The notes under the pieces: generated by a model | Told to the model about the DNA's origin: nothing | The model's database searches: none | What the model saw: the letters and a program-made list of their open reading frames with translations, nothing else | Made by a program: the position numbers and the translations under genes | Part shown: one piece after another, positions 5,729 through 17,300 of the stretch | Layout: each line of letters begins with the position of its first letter | How positions within the stretch are numbered: the first letter of the stretch is position 1 | Origin: an uncultured virus (IMG/VR IMGVR_UViG_3300017728_001586) | Lineage: Duplodnaviria > Heunggongvirae > Uroviricota > Caudoviricetes | DNA length: 20,000 bases | Strand: one strand, 5' to 3' | Virus record (IMG/VR): IMGVR_UViG_3300017728_001586

Positions 5729-8700
5729 TACACCTCAATGCAGTCACTAGTGGTACAATCGAAGTATTACTTGATTGACCAACTATCTTAACTACAAAAC
5801 CTGTGAACTCTGGTAAACCTTCAGCAGTATATTCATACTCTTTAAAGTTTCTTGCATCTTTTTCGGTCACCACATCTGGTTCTCCATCTCCATTGAAGTA
5901 TTCGAACCCTAAGTCATCGATAGGTGTTGTCTCGTCATTCTTTAATATCTTAAACATGAATTTTAAATCAGATTCAGGTGGTCTATAGTTATCTGCAATA
6001 ACTTTCAATGTAGTTGCAGGATTCTTAAGATTCACTTTTCTAGTGATATAGACCATGGCGTTATTATCGCCATCTGGATCAGTTGAAGGCACATGAATCA
6101 TAGAACCAGTTGAACCACCAGGTAGGTCATTAGCAGAATCAATATTATTGATTCTATTCATGATACCCAAACAACCAATCGTACCAATATCAATTACTGG
6201 AGATAAGTTCTGGTTAGCACTAGTAAACTGTAATCTACATTCAAATGATTTATTATTTGTGCCACCAGTCTGTTCTTCTGATTCATTAATACTCGATGCG
6301 ATAATACTAGGTCTTTCGAAATAGTTATTGTCATTTAATGTAATGAATTCATTCTTTGAGCGTAATGTAAATGTTGAATCTAAATTATTATCTTCAGGTG
6401 AATTAGTTCCTGTTCTTCTAACACTTGACAATAATGTTGTGTCTTTATATGTTAAAGAAGGTATCATTGTATGCAATACATCATAGTACATGTTAGTAGT
6501 TGCATATGCTTGGTCACCACCAGCAATAGTTGATTCAACTGCATTGGTATATGATAAGTGATATGATGATAAGTCTGGTGTACATGCAAATGAGTCGATA
6601 CCATAATTATTGATACTACTGAATACTTTATTAATTGAATCTACAGGGAAACCACCCAATGTATCTCCAACACTTGATAATGTTATAGTTGCATTGTTTG
6701 AACCATCATAGTTATTAATAGTGATAGATTCGTTTGCAGTATAACCTACACCTGGGTCTTTGATTGTCACTGAACTAATTTGATTTCCACTATTAACTGT
6801 TATTGTATCAATCTTAAGTCCTGTACCAGTACCACTGTAGGTATATCCTGTGGAATCCCAATTGGCGCCACTATTGTTATATGTACCAGCAGTTGGAGTT
6901 CCTGTTGTTGAACCTGCTACAGTTAATACACCATTCTTCTTATCTCCTTCTACGCCATATATAACAACATTCGATTGATTGTCGTACATACCATGTGAGT
7001 AAGAGTATACTCTAAAGAATGATTGATTAGAAAAAGTTTCTATTGAATTATTCTGCAATTTCTTAGGTGGTAAATGTGCGTTGTTAAACACGATGTTTGC
7101 AGCTGTAGTTGTATTAAACTTAGCGACTCTCATATTAAACTTCAAGTCATCTGTTTGTTCTGCTGTCCATGTAGATGCGTTCTGAGACATGAACAATGAA
7201 CCAGCGTATGGTTGTCCTGATATTGTCTGTCCAGTAATTAAATCTGTTTCGCCCATTCTGGAAATGAAACACTCGTAATCTGTTGAGTTAGTATACACAA
7301 CAAAACAATATTCATGTTTGTCTTCTAGGTATACAGGTGACTCAAATGTAAATGTAGTTGCGGATGAACCATCATCTGAAGTATTGACTTCATCTGGATT
7401 CTTTGTCACAATTGAGAATGGTATAGTTGTCTGTCCTGGATATCCATTTATCATATTTCTGATTTCTACTGATACAGGTAAACTAGTTGCCTTACTCTTA
7501 AAGAATACATCTATAGATGTTAGGAACATACCGCCATCAGATTCTACCATGAATGATTCTGCTAATGGGTCTTGCCAACCTCTTGGTTCTACTGGAATAT
7601 CAAAGTCAAATATTCTTCTGTCTTCTCTTGGAAGAACCATTAAATCAGCGGGTGGGAACCTTGGAGGTAATGGTACAGGAGGTGGTACAGGAACAGGCAC
7701 CGGCGGTGTAGGCACAGGCACAGGTACCGGAACTGGTACAGGGACTGGCACAGGCACAGGCACCGGATTCGGCACTGGCACATATACCGGAGTTGGTGGC
7801 ATAGGTGGTGGTGTCGGTGGTATTGGTGGAGGCGGCGCAATAGGTGGTGGTGGGGGTGGTAATGAACCATCTCCTGTCACATTTAATCTTTCACCTCTTC
7901 TTGTAATTGTTCTTTCGCCTGATAATCTTTCTGTCACCACTCTACCATTTCTAGTAGATACTATTTCTGTTTGTGAACTATTTAAGAGACCTTGTGCTTG
8001 ATAAATCTCTGCACCCATTGAATCTGGATTACTTTGATTCGATGACTGAGATGTTATCTTTAATTCTCTTTGTCCTGTTGGGAATCTTTGGAAGTTGTCA
8101 TTAGGTATTAAGAACTTACATTCTACTTTACCATTACCATTTGTTTTTATTCCAACACCCTTGTTTGTTGTTCCGTCTTGTGAGAAGTCAGCACTACTAG
8201 GTGTGACATAACCATCTACTCTGATACCATCAAAGTATACAAAGTGTTTTGTGTTTGGTTTTAAGTTAGTTCCTACTGCGGTTATCTCTCTACTTCTAAT
8301 GAAAGGTATAACACTGACACTAACAACTCTATCGTTTCTTGTTTCTACAAAGTCTTCAACTACTGAAGTATTAACACCTTGTCTTGATTGAATTTCTGGT
8401 GTTTCGGTAATCTCTGTTGTTATGATTGTACCTTGAACCCATTCACCACCTTGAGCAGGGTCACCAGACCAATTGCCAGGAACAGCTGCATCTACTGAAG
8501 AACTAACTACGGTTGGTTCACCAACCCATGTTGTCTGCCAGTTATTCCATATTGTTCCAAGTGAGTTTTGATTCTCTGCAAGAACAGCGTCAAAGTTTCC
8601 TTCTCTGTTGATTCTAACTTCTGGTAATTGTTCTGTATCATTCCATATATCAGAACCAGGAGTTAATTTGACATTACCTATAAATGCAAATACATGATAT

Positions 8701-11700
8701 GGATTAACATTGACATGTCTAGATGCCTTATCCTGATTTACATATGATACTTGTGAGTAAGGTAATGTAATTAAATCACCAGTCTGCTGATAACCAGTTG
8801 AACCAGATGCATTTAATTCTATATCAAAGAAGTTTGATACTGATTCTGGTCTTAATTGTCCCAATTTAGTATCTATACCAACATGATAATCAGGATGAGA
8901 TACATCACCAATTTTGTGACCTCTGAAGTTATCTACTAAGAAACCAGATTTGAATCTATCGAAACCTTGTGCATCTAATATCTGTTTTGTTTGTGTGTCT
9001 TTCTCTAATAAAGACAATGCAGTAATTCTTTCTAAGTTTGTGACTCTCTGATTGATTTTACCAATGTCGCCCATTGTAAATCTTCTGTAGTCTTTTGTTT
9101 TTACTTGTATTTGTTTTACATTTCTTGTAAATGCAGGTATAAACAATTCGAACATTTCTAAAGAATCATCAATTGAATTTGGTCTTTGTGGTGTTAAGGT
9201 CGGATTACCTTGTGCAACTTCGAATTTACCACTTCTATGTAAGAATACTTTATCGATTCTAGGCACATAGAACTCTATGTTTGACTTAATCATTGATGTT
9301 GGCAAAGGACATCTTGAATATGATGCATGTGCTGTCGTAATATCAGCAGTAGATACTCCTAATAGATTATCTCTAGAGGATTCAAAACTTCTTGCTTCAT
9401 ATGCAAATGGAGATATTAAGTGACCTGTACCATCACCACTACTGTAGTCTGATACATCTAATATACTTGCAATATTGAATACATAACTCTGACTAACTAA
9501 ATCTGCATTACCAAATAGTTGACCAACTGATGGTCTAAAGTCTACTGCATCTGCAAGTTCAAATTGTCCATCTGGTTCAAAACCACCCAAGTCTACTTTG
9601 TTTGGTGAGAAGTTAGGAATGTCTTTATATGAAATACTATTTGTATATGAATTTACATCATAGAAATCACCAGAACCACCTACAAACATATCAAATAATA
9701 CTGTTATTTGATTATTTGGTGTTGTCTGTCCTTGTTTTAAAATAAGTTTTGCGTGGTCATAATAACCATCTCTTTGACCATTGTCTAAAGAGTATCTATT
9801 TGTTATTTCAGGAGATTGAACTCCTAATGATGTTATGGTTGCAATTCCACCTGTTGTTTCATCTACTACTGTTTCGCCTGCGGTAAACTTTTCGGTTCCT
9901 AAGTAGTAAAAATAACATGTTTGCGTATCAGTAAACTTCATAAGTTTAGCACGAACACCTGTTGTAGCACCTTTAATTATATTTCCTGTTGTACTTGTAC
10001 CAGATGTTAGAGTTATAACTGCATTTGGTGGTGTTGCAACACCACTTGTATCTGTTCCTGGAACTGCCTCAAATATGCCTCTGATTTTGTATACATCTGA
10101 AACACCAAGAGATAGTTCTTTGTAGTCATATGCAGTACCATAGAATGGATTATCTGCATGTGCATCGTTCTTAGTGAATCTTAATGCACGAAACTCTCTT
10201 AAGTTCTTTGATTTCGATGTTGGGTTAGTGACACTAACTGTATATGTCGCCCTTACGATTGCACCATCGTCAGCAGCTGCACCCAATACAACTTCACCAG
10301 ATGATGTATTGACTGAAGAGACATCATCGCCTCCTAATACTACACCATTAGCTCTTGTTGGACTTCCTGTCGCTTCTTTGACAATTGCGAACTGATAGTT
10401 GTCGTTGTTTTTTGGTTCAAATGATTCGTTTGCTTCTTTTGTGAGTGTTATCTCACCAGAAGTACCAACTTCAAATTCTTTTTGATACTTAACTGTAATC
10501 TCTGTAGGTGTTGATTTACTTACATGGTCTCTAGGGAATGCAAATACTGTAGCAGATTGGTCTTGATTGTAAAGTTTTGCTCTTCGTCTGAGTAGTCCAA
10601 CTTGTTTAATGTTAGTTCCGGCAGCAACTAGTGTTGCATTTGAATTGTCTGTCACGGATGCAATAAGTTGTTCAGCACCATTACCATCTAAGACTATATC
10701 ACCCTTTCTTAGTTCAGTCAAGAAATCAGTACCAACACCTGTTAAAGCTGTACTAGTTATTGTTGTTAGACCCGATATAACTTTGTCGTTGTCTAATGCA
10801 ATATTGGCAGTAAAGTTTTGTGTTCCTGTTGTTTCAGAAGACTTAGTTTGACCAACACTTCTTGCATCTTCTACTTGAAAACTACGAACAGCAGTAATAC
10901 TAAAATCTACTTTTACTTTACCTGTTCCAGTTCCTGCAGCTGCAGCCGTGAAAGTAGAACCTACTGCGTATGTCTGACCAGAAGTGCCTGCGGCCGTATT
11001 CCACTGTGCTTGAGTTGTGTTTCCAAGTTCCGTTATTATATATGGAGTAGTTGAAACAAAACTTCCAGCATTGACTATAATCGTACCGCATGTACCTTGT
11101 CCCTTTAGTGAAAGGGTATCTGTTGTTTTGAATGTACCAACAACATCATGTACCATAATATGATTGTTTGTAGTATCTGCATATGCAACAATACCTACTG
11201 CGCCAGATGCTGAACCTGTGACTTTATCACCAACTTTGAAGTTGTTTGTCGCAACTGTAGTACTTAACATTGTGAACATCTTGATATCAAATAGATATAG
11301 ATTTTCAAAAGCAGTTGAGTGTTCGTCAATGTTTCTTACTCTTGCAAAACCGATATGACCAACTGTTGTTGTTGATCCAGTGCCTGCATATGCATTAAGT
11401 GTGCCTGGTGTTGCAGTTGCCTTATCAAATAGTTGAATTGCTTTATATGATTCTGTATTTGTAGAATCACCAAACTCTGGTTGACCATGTGAATCTTTAA
11501 TTCTTAATTTGTTTCCTAGTCTTGCAGGTGTGTTTGCGTTTGTAAGCGCCTCTGTTGTTCTTGCCTTGTTTAATGTTAAATTCGTTGTGCCTGTTTTATC
11601 AATAGAGTAACCTTTAACATATGCTTTACCAGGAGAGACTTGCATAACAAATTGACTCTCATCTCCACCTTGATACGCTTCATAGAATCCTCTATTGAAT

Positions 11701-12701
11701 CCGTCTAGTAAATGTTCTCTAAATGAATGTGTGAATTGTCGTATTACAAAATCACCATTCGCATCAAATGTTCTTTGTGCAAGTGTGTTTTCTATATGAT
11801 TGTATACTGGTCTTTTTACTTCTAATTCTATAACACCATTACTAACTCTTCCCAACTCTACAAAGTTTGTATCTGTTGTAGCAGTTAGTGCGAACTTAGC
11901 AAGTGTTAATGTGAACTTAAGTCTATCTGCACCAGCAGCGTTTTCATTTGTTGTTCCTTGTGAATTGTCTAGTAGAGTTGTATCAGTGCCAGAACCAACA
12001 AGTTCTTCTACAATGTCTAGACCAATTCTATAAGAAGGTTTACCATTATACTTTTCTAATACAATTGTTTGTGCATCTACTTTGACGAAGTATCCTCTTA
12101 AGAATACAACACCCTCATTTATACTTGCAATAGATGAACGGCCGACTGGTGAAAGACCAAGTGCAGCTACTTTGAATTCATTGTTATTTGATGCAGTGGT
12201 TATTGCACCAGCGGCACTAACATTAACTTCACTTATCTCTTCAGAAGGACTAAATCTTTCTGAAGGATTTGTTGTTGCAGTTTCGTCTGTACCATGTTGT
12301 AAATATCTTACAATAATAGTTGCTAAATCTGTTCCTGTAGATGCAACTGTTTTTACTATCTCTGCAACGACTCCAGTTGTCTCTCCTTGAATTAGTTTAC
12401 CTGTGAAACCACTTAGATATGTAGCGACATCAGCTGTTCCAGTAGAGTTAGGATTAGTTGCCTCGACTTTAACATATTCGACATCCATATCGATGTCTGT
12501 CTCTGCACCATTGACAATCGAACCCTCTTTGAACATGTGACTACCAAATTTTTGTATTTGGTTTTGTAAGATTGATTGTGACTGAGTTAGTTCTCTTGCC
12601 TGTAGGGGTCTACCTGCTCTGAAGAGTACTTTGTGATAATTGTTATCCTCATTGTAGTCATCGTAGTATGGTGATATATTTAAGTCTGTTTTTTCTGACA
12701 T
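5715..12701 (-). CDS. Large virion structural protein, VrlC-like / DUF4815 family, 2328 aa
   Basis: Characteristic N-terminus TDLNISPYYDDY...YHKVLFRAGRPLQARELTQSQSILQNQI. Internal motifs ENAAGADRLK, GKAYVKGY, DRFKSGFLVDNF, NVNPYHVFAF and DPLAESF. It follows gp8. Confidence 0.88.
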   Translation of the reverse strand: MSEKTDLNISPYYDDYNEDNNYHKVLFRAGRPLQARELTQSQSILQNQIQKFGSHMFKEGSIVNGAETDIDMDVEYVKVEATNPNSTGTADVATYLSGFTGKLIQGETTGVVAEIVKTVASTGTDLATIIVRYLQHGTDETATTNPSERFSPSEEISEVNVSAAGAITTASNNNEFKVAALGLSPVGRSSIASINEGVVFLRGYFVKVDAQTIVLEKYNGKPSYRIGLDIVEELVGSGTDTTLLDNSQGTTNENAAGADRLKFTLTLAKFALTATTDTNFVELGRVSNGVIELEVKRPVYNHIENTLAQRTFDANGDFVIRQFTHSFREHLLDGFNRGFYEAYQGGDESQFVMQVSPGKAYVKGYSIDKTGTTNLTLNKARTTEALTNANTPARLGNKLRIKDSHGQPEFGDSTNTESYKAIQLFDKATATPGTLNAYAGTGSTTTVGHIGFARVRNIDEHSTAFENLYLFDIKMFTMLSTTVATNNFKVGDKVTGSASGAVGIVAYADTTNNHIMVHDVVGTFKTTDTLSLKGQGTCGTIIVNAGSFVSTTPYIITELGNTTQAQWNTAAGTSGQTYAVGSTFTAAAAGTGTGKVKVDFSITAVRSFQVEDARSVGQTKSSETTGTQNFTANIALDNDKVISGLTTITSTALTGVGTDFLTELRKGDIVLDGNGAEQLIASVTDNSNATLVAAGTNIKQVGLLRRRAKLYNQDQSATVFAFPRDHVSKSTPTEITVKYQKEFEVGTSGEITLTKEANESFEPKNNDNYQFAIVKEATGSPTRANGVVLGGDDVSSVNTSSGEVVLGAAADDGAIVRATYTVSVTNPTSKSKNLREFRALRFTKNDAHADNPFYGTAYDYKELSLGVSDVYKIRGIFEAVPGTDTSGVATPPNAVITLTSGTSTTGNIIKGATTGVRAKLMKFTDTQTCYFYYLGTEKFTAGETVVDETTGGIATITSLGVQSPEITNRYSLDNGQRDGYYDHAKLILKQGQTTPNNQITVLFDMFVGGSGDFYDVNSYTNSISYKDIPNFSPNKVDLGGFEPDGQFELADAVDFRPSVGQLFGNADLVSQSYVFNIASILDVSDYSSGDGTGHLISPFAYEARSFESSRDNLLGVSTADITTAHASYSRCPLPTSMIKSNIEFYVPRIDKVFLHRSGKFEVAQGNPTLTPQRPNSIDDSLEMFELFIPAFTRNVKQIQVKTKDYRRFTMGDIGKINQRVTNLERITALSLLEKDTQTKQILDAQGFDRFKSGFLVDNFRGHKIGDVSHPDYHVGIDTKLGQLRPESVSNFFDIELNASGSTGYQQTGDLITLPYSQVSYVNQDKASRHVNVNPYHVFAFIGNVKLTPGSDIWNDTEQLPEVRINREGNFDAVLAENQNSLGTIWNNWQTTWVGEPTVVSSSVDAAVPGNWSGDPAQGGEWVQGTIITTEITETPEIQSRQGVNTSVVEDFVETRNDRVVSVSVIPFIRSREITAVGTNLKPNTKHFVYFDGIRVDGYVTPSSADFSQDGTTNKGVGIKTNGNGKVECKFLIPNDNFQRFPTGQRELKITSQSSNQSNPDSMGAEIYQAQGLLNSSQTEIVSTRNGRVVTERLSGERTITRRGERLNVTGDGSLPPPPPPIAPPPPIPPTPPPMPPTPVYVPVPNPVPVPVPVPVPVPVPVPVPTPPVPVPVPPPVPLPPRFPPADLMVLPREDRRIFDFDIPVEPRGWQDPLAESFMVESDGGMFLTSIDVFFKSKATSLPVSVEIRNMINGYPGQTTIPFSIVTKNPDEVNTSDDGSSATTFTFESPVYLEDKHEYCFVVYTNSTDYECFISRMGETDLITGQTISGQPYAGSLFMSQNASTWTAEQTDDLKFNMRVAKFNTTTAANIVFNNAHLPPKKLQNNSIETFSNQSFFRVYSYSHGMYDNQSNVVIYGVEGDKKNGVLTVAGSTTGTPTAGTYNNSGANWDSTGYTYSGTGTGLKIDTITVNSGNQISSVTIKDPGVGYTANESITINNYDGSNNATITLSSVGDTLGGFPVDSINKVFSSINNYGIDSFACTPDLSSYHLSYTNAVESTIAGGDQAYATTNMYYDVLHTMIPSLTYKDTTLLSSVRRTGTNSPEDNNLDSTFTLRSKNEFITLNDNNYFERPSIIASSINESEEQTGGTNNKSFECRLQFTSANQNLSPVIDIGTIGCLGIMNRINNIDSANDLPGGSTGSMIHVPSTDPDGDNNAMVYITRKVNLKNPATTLKVIADNYRPPESDLKFMFKILKNDETTPIDDLGFEYFNGDGEPDVVTEKDARNFKEYEYTAEGLPEFTGFVVKIVGQSSNTSIVPLVTALRCIALA
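7651..7860 (-). repeat. Low-complexity poly-Pro / (VP)n coding tract
   Basis: PPPPPPIAPPPPIPPTPPPMPPTPVYVPVPNPVPVPVPVPVPVPVPVPTPPVPVPVPPPVPLPPRFPP. The DNA is locally GC-rich with imperfect 6-bp periodicity (ggcaca/ggtaca). Confidence 0.95.
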
Positions 12702-12730
12702 AGTTTAATCTTCTTTAAATTTAAGAATGT

Positions 12731-12751
12731 AAAAGGGGGAGTTAAACTCCC
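12731..12751 (-). terminator. Putative weak rho-independent terminator after gp8
   Basis: Minus strand GGGAGT-TTA-ACTCCC-CC-TTTT begins 4 nt after the gp8 stop. It has a 6-bp stem and a short U tract. Confidence 0.6.
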
Positions 12752-12755
12752 TATA

Positions 12756-14258
12756 TTACATTTCAATAATTAGTTTAATATCTTCAATTTGGTCAGCGGC
12801 TCTTGAAACTGCGCCTCTATTTTCAACATAGAGAATTTGACCTGTAAATCTTTGCATTTCTGGATGAGCAGAAGAGACACCAGATGCGGTAACATCAGCA
12901 ACTTTTGTGCCAGCTTTATAGACTTCATCATCATTTGCAAATGCGATATATTCGCCACCTGAATTAGCAACAGGTAAGGTTTTTAGAGTATTACTTGTCT
13001 TAGATACAACTCTTACTTTAGCAGTGGTTGCTGATTCAGATGAAGCATCTGTAAGTAAGTCATCAACATTAATTGAAGAAGCATTATCAACTGTCAACAT
13101 ATTTGTTGCAGTCATTGTTGCATCTCCAGAAACAGCACCAGATGATGCTTTTACTGGATTCTTAATAAGACCAATTCTTCTGAAGTCATTGTCTGTTGGG
13201 AAATCACTAAACCCACCATCAAGACCTTCACCAAACTCTAATCTAGAGTTTACGATTGCATAGTTACCACCCATTTCTTCGATAGGGTTAGCACCATGAC
13301 CATTAATTGGCGACATTATAATATGAACTGTAGCACCTGAACCACCTGCAATACCTGAAACATTGGAGTCTAATGTAGGTAATGATGCTCTTTTATAACC
13401 TGTTCCCCAATAACTAGTACCAGAACGATGATATGCTTGTTTTAAATTACCTGAAACGAAACTTAAAGTGACTTCTGCACCAGAACCATCTCCCTGTACA
13501 GGAACATTAACTGTAAATGTATTTGATGAACCACTTGTGTAACCAGAACCGGCAGCGGTTACGACATAATGATAAACTGCGCCGTCTACGGCAGCGTTTT
13601 CAACATCCCATTGAGCAGAACCATCATCATCAGCAGTTGAACCAAACCCACCATTTGTACCAGAACCTACTACAGCAGATTTAGCACCAAGTGATTTTAC
13701 TGGTATAAAGTCGTTAGTGACAAACTTAATAACATCTGAAGCGGTAACTGAGTACATAAATTTCCACATATATCCTAAAGATGCATTTGCATCTGCGGTC
13801 ACTTCAGGAACTGTTGTTGAAATAGTTATTGGTTTAACTGTAGAATTTATAGTTGCACCATTTGAATCAACACCTGTTCTTAAACATTTGTATACTTTAA
13901 ATTCGTCTGTAATTACATAACCTCTTCCATCGAAGAAGTTAGATACATTTGTGACATTGGTTGTATTGGAAGCAGAATAGTTATCTCTGTATTCATCATA
14001 CTTAGTACCATCTGTCCAATTATATCTTACCAATCCATGTGAGATATCAGTTGAAGCGACTGCCTTTAGGGCAATCATGTCTTCATATACACCGATTTCT
14101 TCTGATTCTGAGTTTGCAGGAGGAGGTGGTTGTGTGTCATCTGCCCATGCATGTGAACGACCAATAAAGACATAGTTCTTTTGACCACTCTCTGAGAAGT
14201 CTTCAATGAACTGCCTTGCATTGTGCGTTCTAAATTTTTCTGTGATTATTGCTGCCAT
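12756..14258 (-). CDS. gp8: Baseplate wedge subunit, T4 gp8-like, 500 aa
   Basis: MAAIITEKFRTHNA N-terminus, YVFIGRSHAW, RYNW..G..YDEY, VYKCL, GYMWKFMY, NDFRRIGLIKNP and the C-terminal GQILYVENR...RAADQIEDIKLIIEM are typical of marine T4-like gp8. Synteny is gp6-gp7-gp8. Confidence 0.92.
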   Translation of the reverse strand: MAAIITEKFRTHNARQFIEDFSESGQKNYVFIGRSHAWADDTQPPPPANSESEEIGVYEDMIALKAVASTDISHGLVRYNWTDGTKYDEYRDNYSASNTTNVTNVSNFFDGRGYVITDEFKVYKCLRTGVDSNGATINSTVKPITISTTVPEVTADANASLGYMWKFMYSVTASDVIKFVTNDFIPVKSLGAKSAVVGSGTNGGFGSTADDDGSAQWDVENAAVDGAVYHYVVTAAGSGYTSGSSNTFTVNVPVQGDGSGAEVTLSFVSGNLKQAYHRSGTSYWGTGYKRASLPTLDSNVSGIAGGSGATVHIIMSPINGHGANPIEEMGGNYAIVNSRLEFGEGLDGGFSDFPTDNDFRRIGLIKNPVKASSGAVSGDATMTATNMLTVDNASSINVDDLLTDASSESATTAKVRVVSKTSNTLKTLPVANSGGEYIAFANDDEVYKAGTKVADVTASGVSSAHPEMQRFTGQILYVENRGAVSRAADQIEDIKLIIEM

Positions 14259-14299
14259 TTTCTTTATAACTCCAAGTTATTTTTTATAATTCGTTCTAT

Positions 14300-14307
14300 T
14301 ATTTATA
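14300..14307 (-). promoter_or_regulatory. T4-type late promoter TATAAATA upstream of gp8
   Basis: Perfect consensus on the minus strand, overlapping the gp7 stop codon, about 41 nt upstream of the gp8 ATG. A GGAG SD lies between them. Confidence 0.8.
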
Positions 14308-17300
14308 ACAATGCCAAGGCACTATTTGTAATATTTGATGAATTAACATAGGAACTAAATGCAATATTAGTTCTTCTTCTCTGTTTTTTATCTATCTCTT
14401 CGACATATAAAAGACCTGTCAGGTCACTCATCTGTTTAATTGTTAGTCCGTCTTTTTCAGAATCTTCTGAAAGTAGACCACTTATGCCATCTTCTAATAA
14501 GATTTTGTCTTCTTCATTTGCACTAGAAGTCTCATCTAAGATATAATGAGATATCTTATAACAATTTTGGAATGCAATCTTATTTAGGGTTTTTAAAGTC
14601 GGACCAATTGGAATGAATGTATGTACCTCTTCGCCTGACTCTTCATCTACTATAGGAACACCATCTTCAAATACTATTCTAGAATTGTCTTCCATATACA
14701 TGTAAGAATTGTCTAGTTCAATTGACCTTTCAGTCACAAAATACTCTCTAGTCTCAGGTACAGTTTCATCTTCTAGTAAGAAACTACCTGAACCATCTTC
14801 CATTAAAATCTTTTCACCATATAAGTCTCTATCGAATGGATCGAATCTTACATAGTTTAAAGGTTCTTCGTTTAAAATCTTTGTGCCGTCTTCATGTATC
14901 AATACTTCTTCTGACGGATGCCAGAACTGAAATACTTTACCAGAGTCAGCAGGTCTTATCGCAACATTACCGTATTCACTTGTCAATGGAACATTTGAAT
15001 TATTCACATAGTAATCGTGGTCGGCAGTGTCGAGATTTAATACAGTCACAGCGCCATCTCTTCTTGGAGATTTTTGTATGAATGTATTGAATTCTGTTAT
15101 TGTTGGTCTTCTAATTGATGATACAGTACTTGGGTCATTATCTATTTTAGTATCTAATGCACTTGTTATAAACTCTTTTCTGTTTAGAATGTTTAAATGA
15201 CCTGCACCCTTGTGTTTATCTGTTGATATGTTTGTACCTGATGCCTCACGATATTGAAGTATCATGTCTTGATTTTCTACTTCAGCAGAAGTTGTATGGA
15301 ACAACATGAGAGTTTCTTTACTTAGATGTGCTACATTGTCTCTGGAGTCTTCATTTTCTAACAGATGACCGTCTTCAGTTAAAACTCTAACTGATTTATC
15401 TCTAGTAGATTCTTCGAACAACATATTGTCTGTTGGGTATGCCTGAATGACAATTGTGGGAACAAACTCTGTAGAAATAATTCCCATTTTGTTCTGTTCA
15501 TTAACATCAAATGGTATTTCTTTAACACCATCTAATGATGAACCTAGAAGTTGAGACTTGAGTGCAACCTCACCAAAGAATAAGTGACCTGATGGATGAA
15601 CTAAGTCTTTAACTATAGAACGATACTTATTGATTGACTCACCAACTTTAATAACATAAGAGTGAGACTGATAGAATTTACTATCTTGTATGTTTGCAAC
15701 TTTAGAAGATAGATAACCTTTGTCACTTAAGAAACCATCGTTTATTAAACCTTCACCAGCAACTTTACCTCTTGCAGTATATGGGTCATTCTTAAGAATT
15801 AAGAAACTATCTGAACCCTCATAAGTTACCTTTTCATCATTGATGAACATACCCTTTAAGTTTTTATACTTGAGTATTTGTCTGATTGTATCGTAATTTT
15901 GAACTGTTGCAGTAGCACCAGAAATTACACCAGTAATTGTTATGCCTTTGTTTAGATTACCTGATGGTGTAGTTATCAACATATTATGGAAAGATGTTGC
16001 TTCGTCTAATACTGCATCTGAATCAAACTTACTACCTTGGTCTAGTAAAGTTACCTTCTCAATACCACCAATCCTAGATGACCATGCGAAGAACTTAGCA
16101 CCTGTACCATCTGATACCTTGGCACTACTACAAACTTTAGTTGTAGAAGAATTTCCCCCTACTATGTTTTCGCCATCTTGGAAAACACCAGCATCAGTAC
16201 TGAATCTTTTAATTACGAGTCTGTTCTTTTTCGGTTCTAGTCTTAAAATTGTACCTGTAGCGTTTGAAGTAGAACCTGTAATAGTTTCACCCTTTTGGAA
16301 TCCTGTCGTATCTTTAAAGTATAGATAACCACCTGGGAATGCTTGAGGCAGTGTTTCATATCCTGCACCACCACTTGTTATTTCGACTCGTCTTACTCTT
16401 TGGTCTGTTGATACAATTGAACCACCATCAGTATTTTGATATGCATTGATTAACATCTCTGTACCATCTTCGTACAGTAATCTACTCTTATCGGTAAATA
16501 TCTCTACTCTTTCTCCGCCACTTAAATTTGGATTTGTTGTGAATGTTATCTTTTGTGGTTCTATACTATATGTTGATTGTGATTGAACTATGCCATCGAT
16601 GTGAACTTCTAATGCACCGTGAAATCTGTTAATTGAAATTGGTTTGCCATGGTCATCTAATACATTATCGAATCTATTTCCATTTTGTATTACACCACCA
16701 AATACAGTTTGGTTTGCAACTGCGGTTATTTCATACTGTTCATCTGCATGAGCATCTTCTAAGATTATCTCATCACCGACTGCACCAATGATACCCTCTG
16801 CACCACCTCCGCCTGTACCTTCGTCATCGAATACTACAATATCTCCACCACTGTAAGTTTGACCAGTAGTTTCTATATAAATCTTTTCTACAGGACCTCT
16901 AGTTAGTCCTGTCACATTACCTAATGCCCTATTTGCATCTGTATCTGTTTTTGAACCAGTGAAGTTGATGAAGTCTTGAGGACTATACATAGAACCAATT
17001 GAAGTTTCTTCATGTAGTAATCCATTTCCATCTTCGTCTAATATAGAACCAGTTGAGTCTTCTAATGAGAAATAGATTGAACCGTTTGTTGGGTCTACTG
17101 TAGATACAATACCCTTAACTGTTCCGATATACTCGGTGACACCATCTCTATCTAATACTTTTGCCTCTTTGTTGAACTCAAATGTTCCTCTGTGGTCTTT
17201 CGATATAGAGAGTGAATACTCATTGTTTGCTAAATCTATTGGTGATACTTGTTCTACGACTGCCTCTGCTGTCACAATACTAGCATCGTTAATGTCATAT

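Noticed and set aside
7318..8001. 227-aa plus-strand Gly/Thr-rich ORF (GTGTGT) and the 76-aa His/Cys-rich ORF at 7640-7870
   Set aside because: They are antisense and frameshifted readings of the poly-Pro/VP tract.
5715..12701. Intein or intron in the 2328-aa gene
   Set aside because: No intein boundary motifs (C...HN-C/S/T) or LAGLIDADG/HNH signature were noticed, and the ORF is uninterrupted.
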